Shown piece by piece: positions 16,642-25,995 of a stretch of DNA of 64,000 bases (the first letter of the stretch is position 1; every line of letters begins with the position of its first letter). Source of the DNA: a virus; IMG/VR virus record IMGVR_UViG_3300045988_142974, positions 96,001-160,000 of that record; one strand, given 5' to 3'. The translations under genes were made by a program, and so were the position numbers. Under the pieces are notes generated by a model. The model did not search any database. It was not told the origin of the DNA and worked only from the letters and a program-made list of their open reading frames with translations.

Positions 16642-18705
16642 ATGGACGGATTTATGATGTTTAAAAAGGCTTTGCAGAAGCACTTCGATGAAATGCAGAA
16701 AGAGGCTACACATTTATTTGAGGTAAATGTAGATAAGGATGAATTATGGAATACATATCTTGATAGCTTTCCTGCCGGTACAAATGAGATTTTCAGAGAG
16801 CGTAGAGAACATGATTGCAGTTGTTGTAGACAGTTTATCAAGAATATTGGTTCTGCTGTCACCATTAAGGATAATCAGATTCACACAATCTGGGAACTGA
16901 ATCTTGGTGATACAACATATCAGCCAGTATGCGATGCACTTGACGCTTTTGTAAAGGCTCATATAGTTACAGATATTTATACAACTAAGTTCCCTAAGAT
17001 TGGTACAGATTTTAATTTTGAGGAAATCAATGGAAAGTCTCATAAGTGGGATCATTTCTTCTTAGAGCTTCCAAGTAAGTTTGTAAATAGAAGTAGCCGT
17101 TCCAACGAGGAAGTTAAAGGACAGTTCAGAGATACAAGAAATGTATTTAAGCGTTCTCTTGATGAGATTACTATGGATGCACTCGATACAATTCTTGAAC
17201 TTATCAACTCAAATACACTTTACAAGGGTGAAGAATGGAAGGGAGTACTCACAGAATTTAAGAAGTATAAGAAGGAATACGATAAGCTGGCTTCTGATAC
17301 TGAAAAGGATTTATATGCTTGGGAGAAGTCGGTAACGGCAGGTATGGCTATCGGTAGAATTAGAAATCATTCTATTGGAACACTTCTTATCAATGTAAGT
17401 GAGGATATGGATCTTGACACAGCAGTTAAGAAGTATGAGCAGATTGTCGCTCCAAGTAATTATAAAAGACCAAAGGCTATTTTTACAAAGAAAATGCTTG
17501 AGGATGCAAAGAAGACCATTACAGAACTCGGTTATATGGATTCATTACAGAGAAGATTTGCTAATCTGAATGATATTACTGTAAATAATGTACTGTTCTC
17601 AAATAAGAGTGCTGCAAGAAGAATGGTAGGTGCAGATGATATTTTTGGTCAGATGGAAAAGGATGTTGCTGTAAGTCCTAAGAAGTTTTCTAAGGTTGAA
17701 GAGATTTCAGCACAGGATTTCATTGATAAGGTACTTCCAACTGCAAAGGAGATTGAAGCTTTTGTAGAGAATAAACATGAGAAGAACTTTGTTTCTATGA
17801 TTGCACCTGTAAATCCAGATGCTAAGACAATGTTTAAATGGAACAATGGATTATCTTGGGCTTATTCAGGAAACATCACCGACTCTGATATGAAGCAGAA
17901 TGTAAAAGCTGCTGGCGGTAATGTTGACGGTGTTCTTAGATTTTCAATCATGTGGAATGAAGGACAGAATGATAACAGCGATCTTGATGCGCATTGTAAA
18001 GAACCTGATGGTAACGAGATTTATTTCAGTAATTGTAGAAAACCAGAAACTTCAAGATGTGGAGGTCAGTTAGATATTGATATTACACGCCCTATGACGC
18101 AGATGGCAGGAAAACCTTCTGTGGAAAATATTACATGGGCAGATATGTCACGTATGAAGCCAGGTGTTTATAAGTTTTTTGTTAATCAGTTTGCAGCGAG
18201 AGGAAGTAAAGGATTTAAGGCAGAAATTGAATTCAATGGTGAGATTTTTGCGTTTGAATACAATAGTCCTGTTTCTGGTAATGTTCAGGTGGCAGAAGTT
18301 ACACTTGACGAGAATGGCAACTTCTCAATTAAGGAAAAGCTGTCTGGAAGTTCATCTATTTCAAGTCGTGAAATTTGGGGTGTAAATACAAATCAGTTTG
18401 TTCCTGTATCAGTAATTAGTTACAGTCCAAACTATTTTGACGAGCAGGATGGAATTGGTCATAGACATTTATTTTTCTTCCTGAAGGATTGTGTAAATAG
18501 CGAAGAGCCTAATGGATTCTATCTTGAGTTCCTTGATAATGATTTAATGAAGCATAAGAGAGTGTTCGAGGCTTTAGGTGCTAAGTGTCATGTAGAAGAT
18601 ACTGATGATCAGCTTTCAGGAATTGGTTTTTCGATGACAAAGAGAGCAGATTTAGTTGTTAAGGTTAAGGGCGCAATAGAGCGTGTAATGAAGATTAAGT
18701 TTTAA
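16642..18705 (+). CDS. large conserved-looking protein of unknown function in the TerD module (687 aa)
   Basis: ORF track, trimmed to MDGFMMFKK after SD GAAGAGG. N-terminal HDCSCC motif. The C-terminal segment has a TerD-reminiscent DLDAH...GGQLDID pattern. Confidence 0.7.
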   Translation: MDGFMMFKKALQKHFDEMQKEATHLFEVNVDKDELWNTYLDSFPAGTNEIFRERREHDCSCCRQFIKNIGSAVTIKDNQIHTIWELNLGDTTYQPVCDALDAFVKAHIVTDIYTTKFPKIGTDFNFEEINGKSHKWDHFFLELPSKFVNRSSRSNEEVKGQFRDTRNVFKRSLDEITMDALDTILELINSNTLYKGEEWKGVLTEFKKYKKEYDKLASDTEKDLYAWEKSVTAGMAIGRIRNHSIGTLLINVSEDMDLDTAVKKYEQIVAPSNYKRPKAIFTKKMLEDAKKTITELGYMDSLQRRFANLNDITVNNVLFSNKSAARRMVGADDIFGQMEKDVAVSPKKFSKVEEISAQDFIDKVLPTAKEIEAFVENKHEKNFVSMIAPVNPDAKTMFKWNNGLSWAYSGNITDSDMKQNVKAAGGNVDGVLRFSIMWNEGQNDNSDLDAHCKEPDGNEIYFSNCRKPETSRCGGQLDIDITRPMTQMAGKPSVENITWADMSRMKPGVYKFFVNQFAARGSKGFKAEIEFNGEIFAFEYNSPVSGNVQVAEVTLDENGNFSIKEKLSGSSSISSREIWGVNTNQFVPVSVISYSPNYFDEQDGIGHRHLFFFLKDCVNSEEPNGFYLEFLDNDLMKHKRVFEALGAKCHVEDTDDQLSGIGFSMTKRADLVVKVKGAIERVMKIKF

Positions 18706-18726
18706 TTAGAAAAGGAGATTATTATT

Positions 18727-19116
18727 ATGACAAACAACGAATTATTTATCAATGCAACAAGAGCAAACTATCAGTTCCCATTCAGAGGAATGATTAACGT
18801 AATTGATTTGTGGGATTTATCTCTCACAAATCTGGACTCAGTGTTTAAGACACTCAATGCAGAAGTAAAGAAGTCTGAGGAAGAAAGTCTTCTAAATACC
18901 AAGTCAAAGGAAGATGAGGAGATTTCTAACAAGATTGAAATTGTTAAGTATATTGTTGACGTGAAGCTGGATGAGAAGAAGAAGAGAGAAGACGCTAAGA
19001 AAAATGCTGAGATGAGACAGAGATTGCTTGAAATCAAAGCTAAGAGACAGGATGCAGCACTTGAGAATATGTCTGATGAGGATCTGGATAAGGCACTTGC
19101 AGAATTAAGTGAGTAA
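18727..19116 (+). CDS. hypothetical charged coiled-coil protein
   Basis: ORF track; SD AAGGAG upstream. Confidence 0.6.
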   Translation: MTNNELFINATRANYQFPFRGMINVIDLWDLSLTNLDSVFKTLNAEVKKSEEESLLNTKSKEDEEISNKIEIVKYIVDVKLDEKKKREDAKKNAEMRQRLLEIKAKRQDAALENMSDEDLDKALAELSE

Positions 19117-19125
19117 TTGTTATAA

Positions 19126-19177
19126 ATATACCATATATAGTATTAAAAATAAACGATATATACTATATATGGTATAT
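19126..19177. terminator. perfect 18-bp inverted repeat hairpin (terminator-like)
   Basis: ATATACCATATATAGTAT (19126-19143) / ATACTATATATGGTATAT (19160-19177), 16-nt loop, followed by ATATTTT. Confidence 0.6.
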
Positions 19178-19290
19178 ATTTTACATTAGAATGAATCGCA
19201 CATTTCTTTATGAAATAGATAATTTAATACATATATTAGAAAAATTCAAAAAAGAATGTCCTGAGCATATTGGAGAATGGAGATAACATT

Positions 19291-19839
19291 ATGACGAATA
19301 AAGAGCAAAATAATTTAAGCAAATACATAGCATTAATTCTTAGACACAGACCTGATGTTATTGGTATCGCATTAGATGAACATGGTTGGGCTAACGTGTC
19401 AGATCTATTAAAAGGAATCAATAAAACTCAGACGATTACAATGAAAATGCTTGAAAAAATTGTAGAAGAAGATTCTAAACAGAGATATTCATTTAATCGA
19501 GAGAAGACGCTTATAAGAGCAAATCAAGGTCATTCTATAAAAGTTGATGTAGAATTGAAAGAGTGTATGCCACCAGATATTTTATATCATGGAACGGGTG
19601 TCAAATATTGCTCTTCAATCAATAAACAAGGGTTAATATCCAAGAGTCGTTTATATGTCCATCTATCAAAAGATATTGAAACAGCAACAAATGTTGGCAG
19701 TAGACATGGAGAACCGTTTATTTATAAGGTTCGAGCAAAAGATATGTATAATGATGGATATAAATTCTTTTTATCTCAAAATGGGGTATGGCTTACAAAA
19801 GAAGTACCAATCTGTTATTTAGATGCGTTCTCGAAATAA
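19291..19839 (+). CDS. kptA: RNA 2'-phosphotransferase Tpt1/KptA
   Basis: Near-collinear with E. coli KptA by eye: [55 protein letters not shown]. Confidence 0.9.
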   Translation: MTNKEQNNLSKYIALILRHRPDVIGIALDEHGWANVSDLLKGINKTQTITMKMLEKIVEEDSKQRYSFNREKTLIRANQGHSIKVDVELKECMPPDILYHGTGVKYCSSINKQGLISKSRLYVHLSKDIETATNVGSRHGEPFIYKVRAKDMYNDGYKFFLSQNGVWLTKEVPICYLDAFSK

Positions 19840-19910
19840 GGACAACAAGGACATTCCAAACTTCAAGGAACGAGTTGAAACAGATATATAAAATTTTGGA
19901 GGTTAAGACA

Positions 19911-20939
19911 ATGACAATTGAACAGATTAAGGACAAATTAAAATCAAAAGAGTATGACTTCCTGAGAACAGATAAGAATTTGGGTAACAATATCATTATC
20001 TTAACTCTTGGTGGAAGTTATGCATATGGAACAAATAATGAGGGTAGCGATTTAGATATTCGTGGTTGTGCTTTGAATAGCAAGATGCAGATTCTTACAA
20101 ATGAGAATTTTGAGCAGTTTGTAAACAATGAGACAGACACAACCATTTATGCCTTTAATAAGTTAGTAGCTTTGTTAAGTAATACAAACCCTAACACAAT
20201 AGAAATGCTTGGAAATAAGCCAGAACACTATTTCTATGTATCTCCTATTGGTCAGGAACTTATTGACAATGCGCATTTATTTTTATCAAAGAGAGCTTGT
20301 CATTCGTTTGGCGGTTATGCTAATCAGCAATTATACAGATTAAATCAGAAAGCTGCACATCAGATGTCGCAGTCTGAATTAGAGAAACATATTCTAAAGA
20401 CTCTTGAATTTATGCAGACTGACTTCACAAAGAAATATACACCATATGAAGATGATTCTATGAAATTATATATTGATAAAGCTGTGCAGGAAGGCTACGA
20501 TACAGAAATCTTTATGGATATAAATCTTCATCATTACCCATTAAGAGATTATTGTTCTATGTGGAATGAGCTTCAGAATACAGTTCGTCAATATGGAAAA
20601 ATTGGTAAGAGAAATGAAAAAGCAATTGAACATGGTAAAATTGCTAAACATTCAATGCATCTTATTCGACTGTATATGATGTGCTTAGATATTCTTGAAA
20701 AAGAAAGAATAATTACATACAGAGAAGATGAGCATAATTTACTAATGGATATTCGCAATGGCAAGTATTTGGATAGCAACGATCAGCCAATCCCAGAATT
20801 CTTTGAAATGGTAAATGATTATGAAAAGAGATTAGATTATGCGAAGAAAAACACAAGTCTTCCTGATAATCCTAATTATAAGGCTATCAATGAATTTGTT
20901 GCTAGTGTAAATGAAAGGGTGGTAAAAGGTGAAATCTAA
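19911..20939 (+). CDS. RlaP-type (PF10127-like, Pol-beta superfamily) nucleotidyltransferase
   Basis: LTLGGSYAYGTNNEGSDLDIRGC minimal NTase motif. Trimmed to the ATG after GGAGG. Confidence 0.65.
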   Translation: MTIEQIKDKLKSKEYDFLRTDKNLGNNIIILTLGGSYAYGTNNEGSDLDIRGCALNSKMQILTNENFEQFVNNETDTTIYAFNKLVALLSNTNPNTIEMLGNKPEHYFYVSPIGQELIDNAHLFLSKRACHSFGGYANQQLYRLNQKAAHQMSQSELEKHILKTLEFMQTDFTKKYTPYEDDSMKLYIDKAVQEGYDTEIFMDINLHHYPLRDYCSMWNELQNTVRQYGKIGKRNEKAIEHGKIAKHSMHLIRLYMMCLDILEKERIITYREDEHNLLMDIRNGKYLDSNDQPIPEFFEMVNDYEKRLDYAKKNTSLPDNPNYKAINEFVASVNERVVKGEI

Positions 20940-22296
20940 TTTGAAGATTGAAATTCCATCTGGTGCAAATGAAATTATCCATAGTCTACAAAATAATGGA
21001 TATGAAGCTTTCTTAGTCGGAGGATGTGTAAGAGATAGTATTCTTGGCAGACCAATTCACGATTATGACATTACAACTTCTGCCACGCCAGATGAGATGA
21101 TGGAAGTATTCAAGGACAAGAGAATTATTGAAACTGGATTACAGCATGGAACTATCACAATTTTAATTGACGGTGAAGGATATGAATGTACCACTTACAG
21201 AATTGACGGTAATTACTCAGATAGTCGTAGACCTGATAGCGTAACATTTACACGAAATCTTAAAGAAGATTTAAAGCGTAGAGATTTTACAATTAATGCA
21301 ATGGCTTACAATGATGAAGTTGGTCTTATAGATCCGTTTAATGGTATGGAAGATATTAAATACCACAAGATTAGATGTGTTGGCAGAGCAGAAGACAGAT
21401 TTTCAGAAGATGCATTAAGAATTTTACGTGCCATTCGGTTTGCCTCACAGTTGGGATTTGTCCTTGAACCTGATACAGATTGGCATATTTCTAAAATGTA
21501 TAAGAATTTGGAGAATATATCTATTGAAAGGATCAATAGTGAATTTTGTAAAATTGCTGCATCGAGTGATTTCTGTGTACAAATGGTCTTATATCACGAA
21601 GTATTCTCGTTGTTCATTCCTGAAATTAAAGATATGTTTGGTTTTCAACAGAATAATCCATATCACATGTATGATGTATGGAATCATACCGTACATGCAA
21701 TAGAATATTGTGAATCCGATGATTTAGTAACAAGATTGGCAGTATTCTTTCACGATTTTGGTAAGCCACACTGTTATCAAGATGGAGAAGATGGTATCAG
21801 ACACTTTAAAGGTCATGGAAGAGTAAGTGCTGATATGACCAATGAGATTATGAAACGTCTTAGATTTGACAATGATACAAGAGAAAAGGTCATTGAATTA
21901 GTCTATTATCATGATGCTACTTTTGAGGTGGGAAAGAAATATGTCAAGAGATGGCTTAATAAAATTGGAGAAGAACAGTTCAGAAGGTTATTAAATGTTC
22001 GTAGAGCTGATATTAAAGCACAAGCAGACATGGCTCAGGAAACAAGATTACAGAAAATTGATAACATCGAATATATTTTAGAAGAAGTCTTACAGGATGA
22101 TGAATGTTTTTCTCTAAAGGATTTAGCAGTTAATGGAAAAGATGTAATGGATACAATGCTCATTAAAAGTGGAAAAGAAGTTGGCTACTGGCTCAATGAA
22201 ATCTTAACTCGTGTAATAGATGGGAGATTAAAAAATGATAAAGAGGATCTTATTTATTGGATGACTGGTATTACAGATGGTTGGATAGAATATTAA
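20929..22296 (+). CDS. cca: CCA-adding tRNA nucleotidyltransferase with C-terminal HD domain
   Basis: FLVGGCVRDSILGR, DYDITT, RDFTINA, and HD motif FFHDFGKP. The GTG start overlaps the previous stop. Confidence 0.88.
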   Translation: MKSNLKIEIPSGANEIIHSLQNNGYEAFLVGGCVRDSILGRPIHDYDITTSATPDEMMEVFKDKRIIETGLQHGTITILIDGEGYECTTYRIDGNYSDSRRPDSVTFTRNLKEDLKRRDFTINAMAYNDEVGLIDPFNGMEDIKYHKIRCVGRAEDRFSEDALRILRAIRFASQLGFVLEPDTDWHISKMYKNLENISIERINSEFCKIAASSDFCVQMVLYHEVFSLFIPEIKDMFGFQQNNPYHMYDVWNHTVHAIEYCESDDLVTRLAVFFHDFGKPHCYQDGEDGIRHFKGHGRVSADMTNEIMKRLRFDNDTREKVIELVYYHDATFEVGKKYVKRWLNKIGEEQFRRLLNVRRADIKAQADMAQETRLQKIDNIEYILEEVLQDDECFSLKDLAVNGKDVMDTMLIKSGKEVGYWLNEILTRVIDGRLKNDKEDLIYWMTGITDGWIEY

Positions 22297-22306
22297 CGGA
22301 GGTAAT

Positions 22307-23047
22307 ATGTACGAAAAATTAAAAGAATATATAAAAGAATCAAATAATATTGTATTCTTTGGTGGAGCAGGTGTATCAACTGAAAGTGGTATTCCTGATT
22401 TTCGTTCCAAGGATGGATTATATAATCAGCATGACGTTCAGTTTGATAAATACGAACCAGAATATCTTTTGAGTAGAGAATGTTTATATAATAATCCAAA
22501 GATATTTTATGAGTTCTATCGTCAGAAGATGGATACAAGAAATGTTGAACCAAACGTTACTCATAAGGTGCTTGCTAAGATGGAAGAAATAGGTAAGTTG
22601 AAAGCTATTGTAACACAGAATATTGATGGACTTCATCAGAAAGCTGGAAGTAAGAATGTCTTTGAGATTCATGGAACTACTCAGAAGAATTATTGTAGTA
22701 AGTGTAAGATGAAATATCATTCTGATTTCTTGTTTAACACTAAAGATGCTATTCCAAAGTGTGAATGTGGTGGGCTGATTAGACCTGATGTGACTTTATA
22801 CGGAGAGAATCTTCCTAACGAAGCTGTAAATGGAGCAATCAGAGCTATTCGAGATGCTGAAATGTTGATTATTGGTGGCACTTCATTAAAAGTTTATCCA
22901 GCAGCTCATTATATTTCATATTTTAGTGGTAGACATTTGGTTGTTATCAATATGGAGAAAATTCAAGTGTTGTTGAATGAGGATACAGATCTGATGATTG
23001 TTGATTCGTTAGGTAATGTGTTCAGTGAAATTGATAAATGGATGTGA
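22307..23047 (+). CDS. Sir2-family NAD-dependent protein deacylase/ADP-ribosyltransferase
   Basis: GGAGVSTESGIPDFRS, QNIDGLH, catalytic FEIHGT, zinc ribbon CSKC...CECGG, GTSLKVYPA. Confidence 0.88.
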   Translation: MYEKLKEYIKESNNIVFFGGAGVSTESGIPDFRSKDGLYNQHDVQFDKYEPEYLLSRECLYNNPKIFYEFYRQKMDTRNVEPNVTHKVLAKMEEIGKLKAIVTQNIDGLHQKAGSKNVFEIHGTTQKNYCSKCKMKYHSDFLFNTKDAIPKCECGGLIRPDVTLYGENLPNEAVNGAIRAIRDAEMLIIGGTSLKVYPAAHYISYFSGRHLVVINMEKIQVLLNEDTDLMIVDSLGNVFSEIDKWM

Positions 23048-23060
23048 GGTGAGAGAATAA

Positions 23061-23267
23061 TTGGAATGGATTAAATGTGTCGAAGGACAAATGCCAGAAG
23101 ACGACAAAAGATATGACGGTAAGAAAGTAATTAATGTACTTGTTACTACAAATCGAGGTATGGTAACAAAAGTACAAAGGCAATACTATGATGGGACATG
23201 GTTTTGGGGAAGAATTACTGGCGGTATGAGAGCTTGGATGCCGTTGCCTGAACCATACAAAGAATAA
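23061..23267 (+). CDS. DUF551-like small phage protein
   Basis: W..........MP...WMPLPEPY pattern; TTG start after SD GAGGTGAG. Confidence 0.5.
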   Translation: MEWIKCVEGQMPEDDKRYDGKKVINVLVTTNRGMVTKVQRQYYDGTWFWGRITGGMRAWMPLPEPYKE

Positions 23268-23281
23268 GTGGGGGTTGAAGA

Positions 23282-23737
23282 GTGAAATTAAAGGATAAAA
23301 TACGAGATAAATTACGTCTTTGGCTGTTAGAAGACGATTTGTTTCAAGTGGAAACAGCTAAAAAATCATATAAGGATGCAATAGAAAAATGCAAAGATGC
23401 AGAGGATAAATATAGATACACCAATATTCAATTATCTGATGCAGCTATTACATATAAAAATTCTCATAAATTAGTTGATGATTGTCATAAAATGATGAAT
23501 TCTATGGTAGACGTTGGAACTGATGTTGGGTTTTATTCTGATGATCATTCTTGGGCAGTTGTGTGTATCAAGGGGCATCCTGAATATGTGAAGCTTATCC
23601 CATTATCACATAGAGATGCACATGAGGTACTTGAGTTTCTAAAACATTTCAAATATTCAGATAGAGTAATTGATTCCCCTTTTGCATTTAGAGATATGGT
23701 TAATAATTGTATCATGGATAAGCCATTTGAAAAGTAG
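23282..23737 (+). CDS. hypothetical protein
   Basis: ORF track; GTG start. Confidence 0.55.
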   Translation: MKLKDKIRDKLRLWLLEDDLFQVETAKKSYKDAIEKCKDAEDKYRYTNIQLSDAAITYKNSHKLVDDCHKMMNSMVDVGTDVGFYSDDHSWAVVCIKGHPEYVKLIPLSHRDAHEVLEFLKHFKYSDRVIDSPFAFRDMVNNCIMDKPFEK

Positions 23738-23802
23738 AGAATAATCTAATATAGAAGCAATTCTATTCACGGCTGATCAGCCAAATTAAGTGAGGTGATA
23801 AA

Positions 23803-24102
23803 GTGAAAAAATATTGGGAAACAGGTGAAAAGAATGATTTTGGTAAGGAATGTTATAAATTACATTTTAGTCAATTTTATGAAGAAGATGATGAAAATGT
23901 AGTAGCTGGTTTTGTACAAGATGAGATAGACGAAAACATATTTATATATGTATCAAAAGAACTAAATGTTGAATATGATACATTGTTTGCAGACAATATA
24001 GAAGATGCAAAGCATCAAATTGAAGACATGTTAATAGACCATTGGAATGATGAGATTGATTATTTAGAAAATCGAATTAAATCATTTCAAAACGAAGAAT
24101 AA
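23803..24102 (+). CDS. hypothetical acidic protein
   Basis: ORF track; GTG start after SD GAGGTGAT. Confidence 0.55.
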   Translation: MKKYWETGEKNDFGKECYKLHFSQFYEEDDENVVAGFVQDEIDENIFIYVSKELNVEYDTLFADNIEDAKHQIEDMLIDHWNDEIDYLENRIKSFQNEE

Positions 24103-24123
24103 TCATGTATAAAAATTTCTATC

Positions 24124-24295
24124 TTGGCGATTCAGCCAAATTTTCCAAATAAAAGTAACAAGAAATATTTTTTCCTATGGTTTTAGCAGACGTGCAAATT
24201 CCATAGGATTTTACAACAAAATAATTAAGAAGAAAGGAATTAAGCAGTAACTCCTGGGTAATTATGGTTACGTAACCTCTGTAAAATAGTGTATT
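24124..24295 (+). promoter_or_regulatory. structured leader of the C5-methyltransferase gene
   Basis: Contains the GATTCA-loop hairpin TTGGC-GATTCA-GCCAA (24124-24139), the terminator-like TCCTATGG/CCATAGGA stem (24173-24208) plus TTTT, SD-like AAAGGAA about 58 nt before the start, and the 12-bp palindrome GGTTACGTAACC (24266-24277). Confidence 0.4.
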
Positions 24296-25219
24296 TTGAC
24301 AGAGAATAATGAAAAAAATAATTCTCAAGGGCTACGAGTATTAAGTTTATGTGGTGGCGTTGAAACAGGATTGTATGCGTTACAGAAGCTCGGAATACCT
24401 ATAAGAGAATATCATACATATGAAATTTTGCCAGAAGCCATAGCAGTTTCTCAGTACCATTTTCCGTTTGTGGTACATCATGGCGATTTATATGAAGCGG
24501 ATTTTGAAGAGTTTAAAGGATTTGATTTACTGTTGGCAGGAACTTGTTGCCAGTCACTTTCAAGAGTGCGAATTGAAAGTAAAGAGGTCAATAATGGTCT
24601 TGATGGTAAGTCAGGAATTTTCTTTAAAGCAATTGAGTGTCTTAGGGCAATTCAGCCCAAATATTTCATGTTTGAAAATGTAATACCAAGTAGTGACGAA
24701 GATCTGAAGACAATGACAGAATGCATTGGTGTAGAACCTATTTTGATTAATTCAGGAAAATTTTCTGCGCAGAGTCGTGAAAGATATTATTGGACAAACA
24801 TACCATTAGGTAAATTACCTGATAAATCTCCATTAGTTTTAAAAGATATTATGGAGAATAGTGTAGATGAGAAATATTTCTATAAGAAAGATTTTGAAAT
24901 CTTGGATATGAGTAAACGTGTATGTGCAGAGTTAAAAGTTAATTCTATGGAAATGAATAGAAGAATTTATAATCCAGATTTTAAGTGCTGCACATTAACT
25001 TGTATAAATGGTGGATATCATGAAAAGAAAGTATTAGATAGTAGCAGACCACGAAAACTTACAGAAGTTGAATATGAAAGATTACAGGGATTACCTGATA
25101 ATTTTACAAAAGTTCAGCTTAATGGTCGTTGGTTATCATACTCAAAAAGATGTAGTTTGATGGGCAATGGATGGAATGAATCTACTGTTGAATGGATCTT
25201 GAGTGGGTTAAGAGAATAA
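24296..25219 (+). CDS. DNA (cytosine-5)-methyltransferase
   Basis: Motif I LSLCGGVETG, motif IV GTCCQSLS, FMFENV, QSRERYYW, motif X GNGW. TTG start. Confidence 0.88.
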   Translation: MTENNEKNNSQGLRVLSLCGGVETGLYALQKLGIPIREYHTYEILPEAIAVSQYHFPFVVHHGDLYEADFEEFKGFDLLLAGTCCQSLSRVRIESKEVNNGLDGKSGIFFKAIECLRAIQPKYFMFENVIPSSDEDLKTMTECIGVEPILINSGKFSAQSRERYYWTNIPLGKLPDKSPLVLKDIMENSVDEKYFYKKDFEILDMSKRVCAELKVNSMEMNRRIYNPDFKCCTLTCINGGYHEKKVLDSSRPRKLTEVEYERLQGLPDNFTKVQLNGRWLSYSKRCSLMGNGWNESTVEWILSGLRE

Positions 25220-25272
25220 CATAATATGAAGTTCGCAGGAAAGCGGAATTTCTTGTGATGAAAGGAGAAAAT

Positions 25273-25995
25273 ATGTATCCAGAATACGATGATTTTTATG
25301 AGCCAAGTGAGGGCGAAATGTTTTTTGATGAAATGAAAGAAAAGTTCAGAGAGATTTTACGTGAAGATGTAAATTCTGAAATCAGTAGATTAACAAAAGA
25401 AAATGCAGAATTAGGACAAAAGGTTAAAGAGTATAATGATAAAAATTTAAATCTTTCTTGTAGAGAAAGAGATTTGCAGTACAAGATTGACAATTACAAG
25501 CGAGAGGTAGAGAAAGACTTTTACAATAAAACAATGGAAGAAGTTTTTGAGAAACTTTTAGAAGACTCAGAAGTGTGGTATGCAGAACGTGTTCCTCATG
25601 AGAAACCAAAATGTAATTTATGTAATGAGGAAAGAAAACTTATTGCAGTATATCCAAATGGTGAAACTGTAACCAAGGAGTGTGAATGTTCTCGACCAGC
25701 ATATATTTATGAGCCAGTAATTTCATTGAATAAAGAGATTAAATTTCATAAGGCGTATAAGCCAAGATATAGTGATAAAAAGAAAGTCTATTTTACTAAA
25801 AATTACAAACCAAACAAGGATTATGCAGATGCATACGATTATTACAGTGAATTCAGAATAGAAAATATTTTTGATGATTTTAATGATGATGTAATTCTAT
25901 ATCACAATGGAAAAAGCTATGGAGAAAAAATTGCATTCAGAAGTAAAGATGCTTGTCAGAAATATTGTGATTGGCTTAATAAGGAGAATAAGTAA
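25273..25995 (+). CDS. hypothetical coiled-coil/Cys-cluster protein
   Basis: ORF track, trimmed to the ATG after AAAGGAG. Confidence 0.6.
   Translation: MYPEYDDFYEPSEGEMFFDEMKEKFREILREDVNSEISRLTKENAELGQKVKEYNDKNLNLSCRERDLQYKIDNYKREVEKDFYNKTMEEVFEKLLEDSEVWYAERVPHEKPKCNLCNEERKLIAVYPNGETVTKECECSRPAYIYEPVISLNKEIKFHKAYKPRYSDKKKVYFTKNYKPNKDYADAYDYYSEFRIENIFDDFNDDVILYHNGKSYGEKIAFRSKDACQKYCDWLNKENK

Noticed and set aside
11077-19116. Idea that the ATPase/TerD block marks the end of the phage and the start of host chromosome
   Set aside because: The block is flanked on both sides by the same phage-specific intergenic cassettes (GATTCA hairpin and AGAGAATA box upstream, phage-style operon downstream). 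It keeps the same strand and the same SD style. It is more likely a captured host module inside the phage genome, but a GC/codon computation is needed.
24253-24257. CCTGG (Dcm/EcoRII-type site) in the C5-methyltransferase leader as evidence for CCWGG specificity
   Set aside because: A single 5-bp site is expected by chance. Specificity cannot be read from the sequence without target-recognition-domain comparison.
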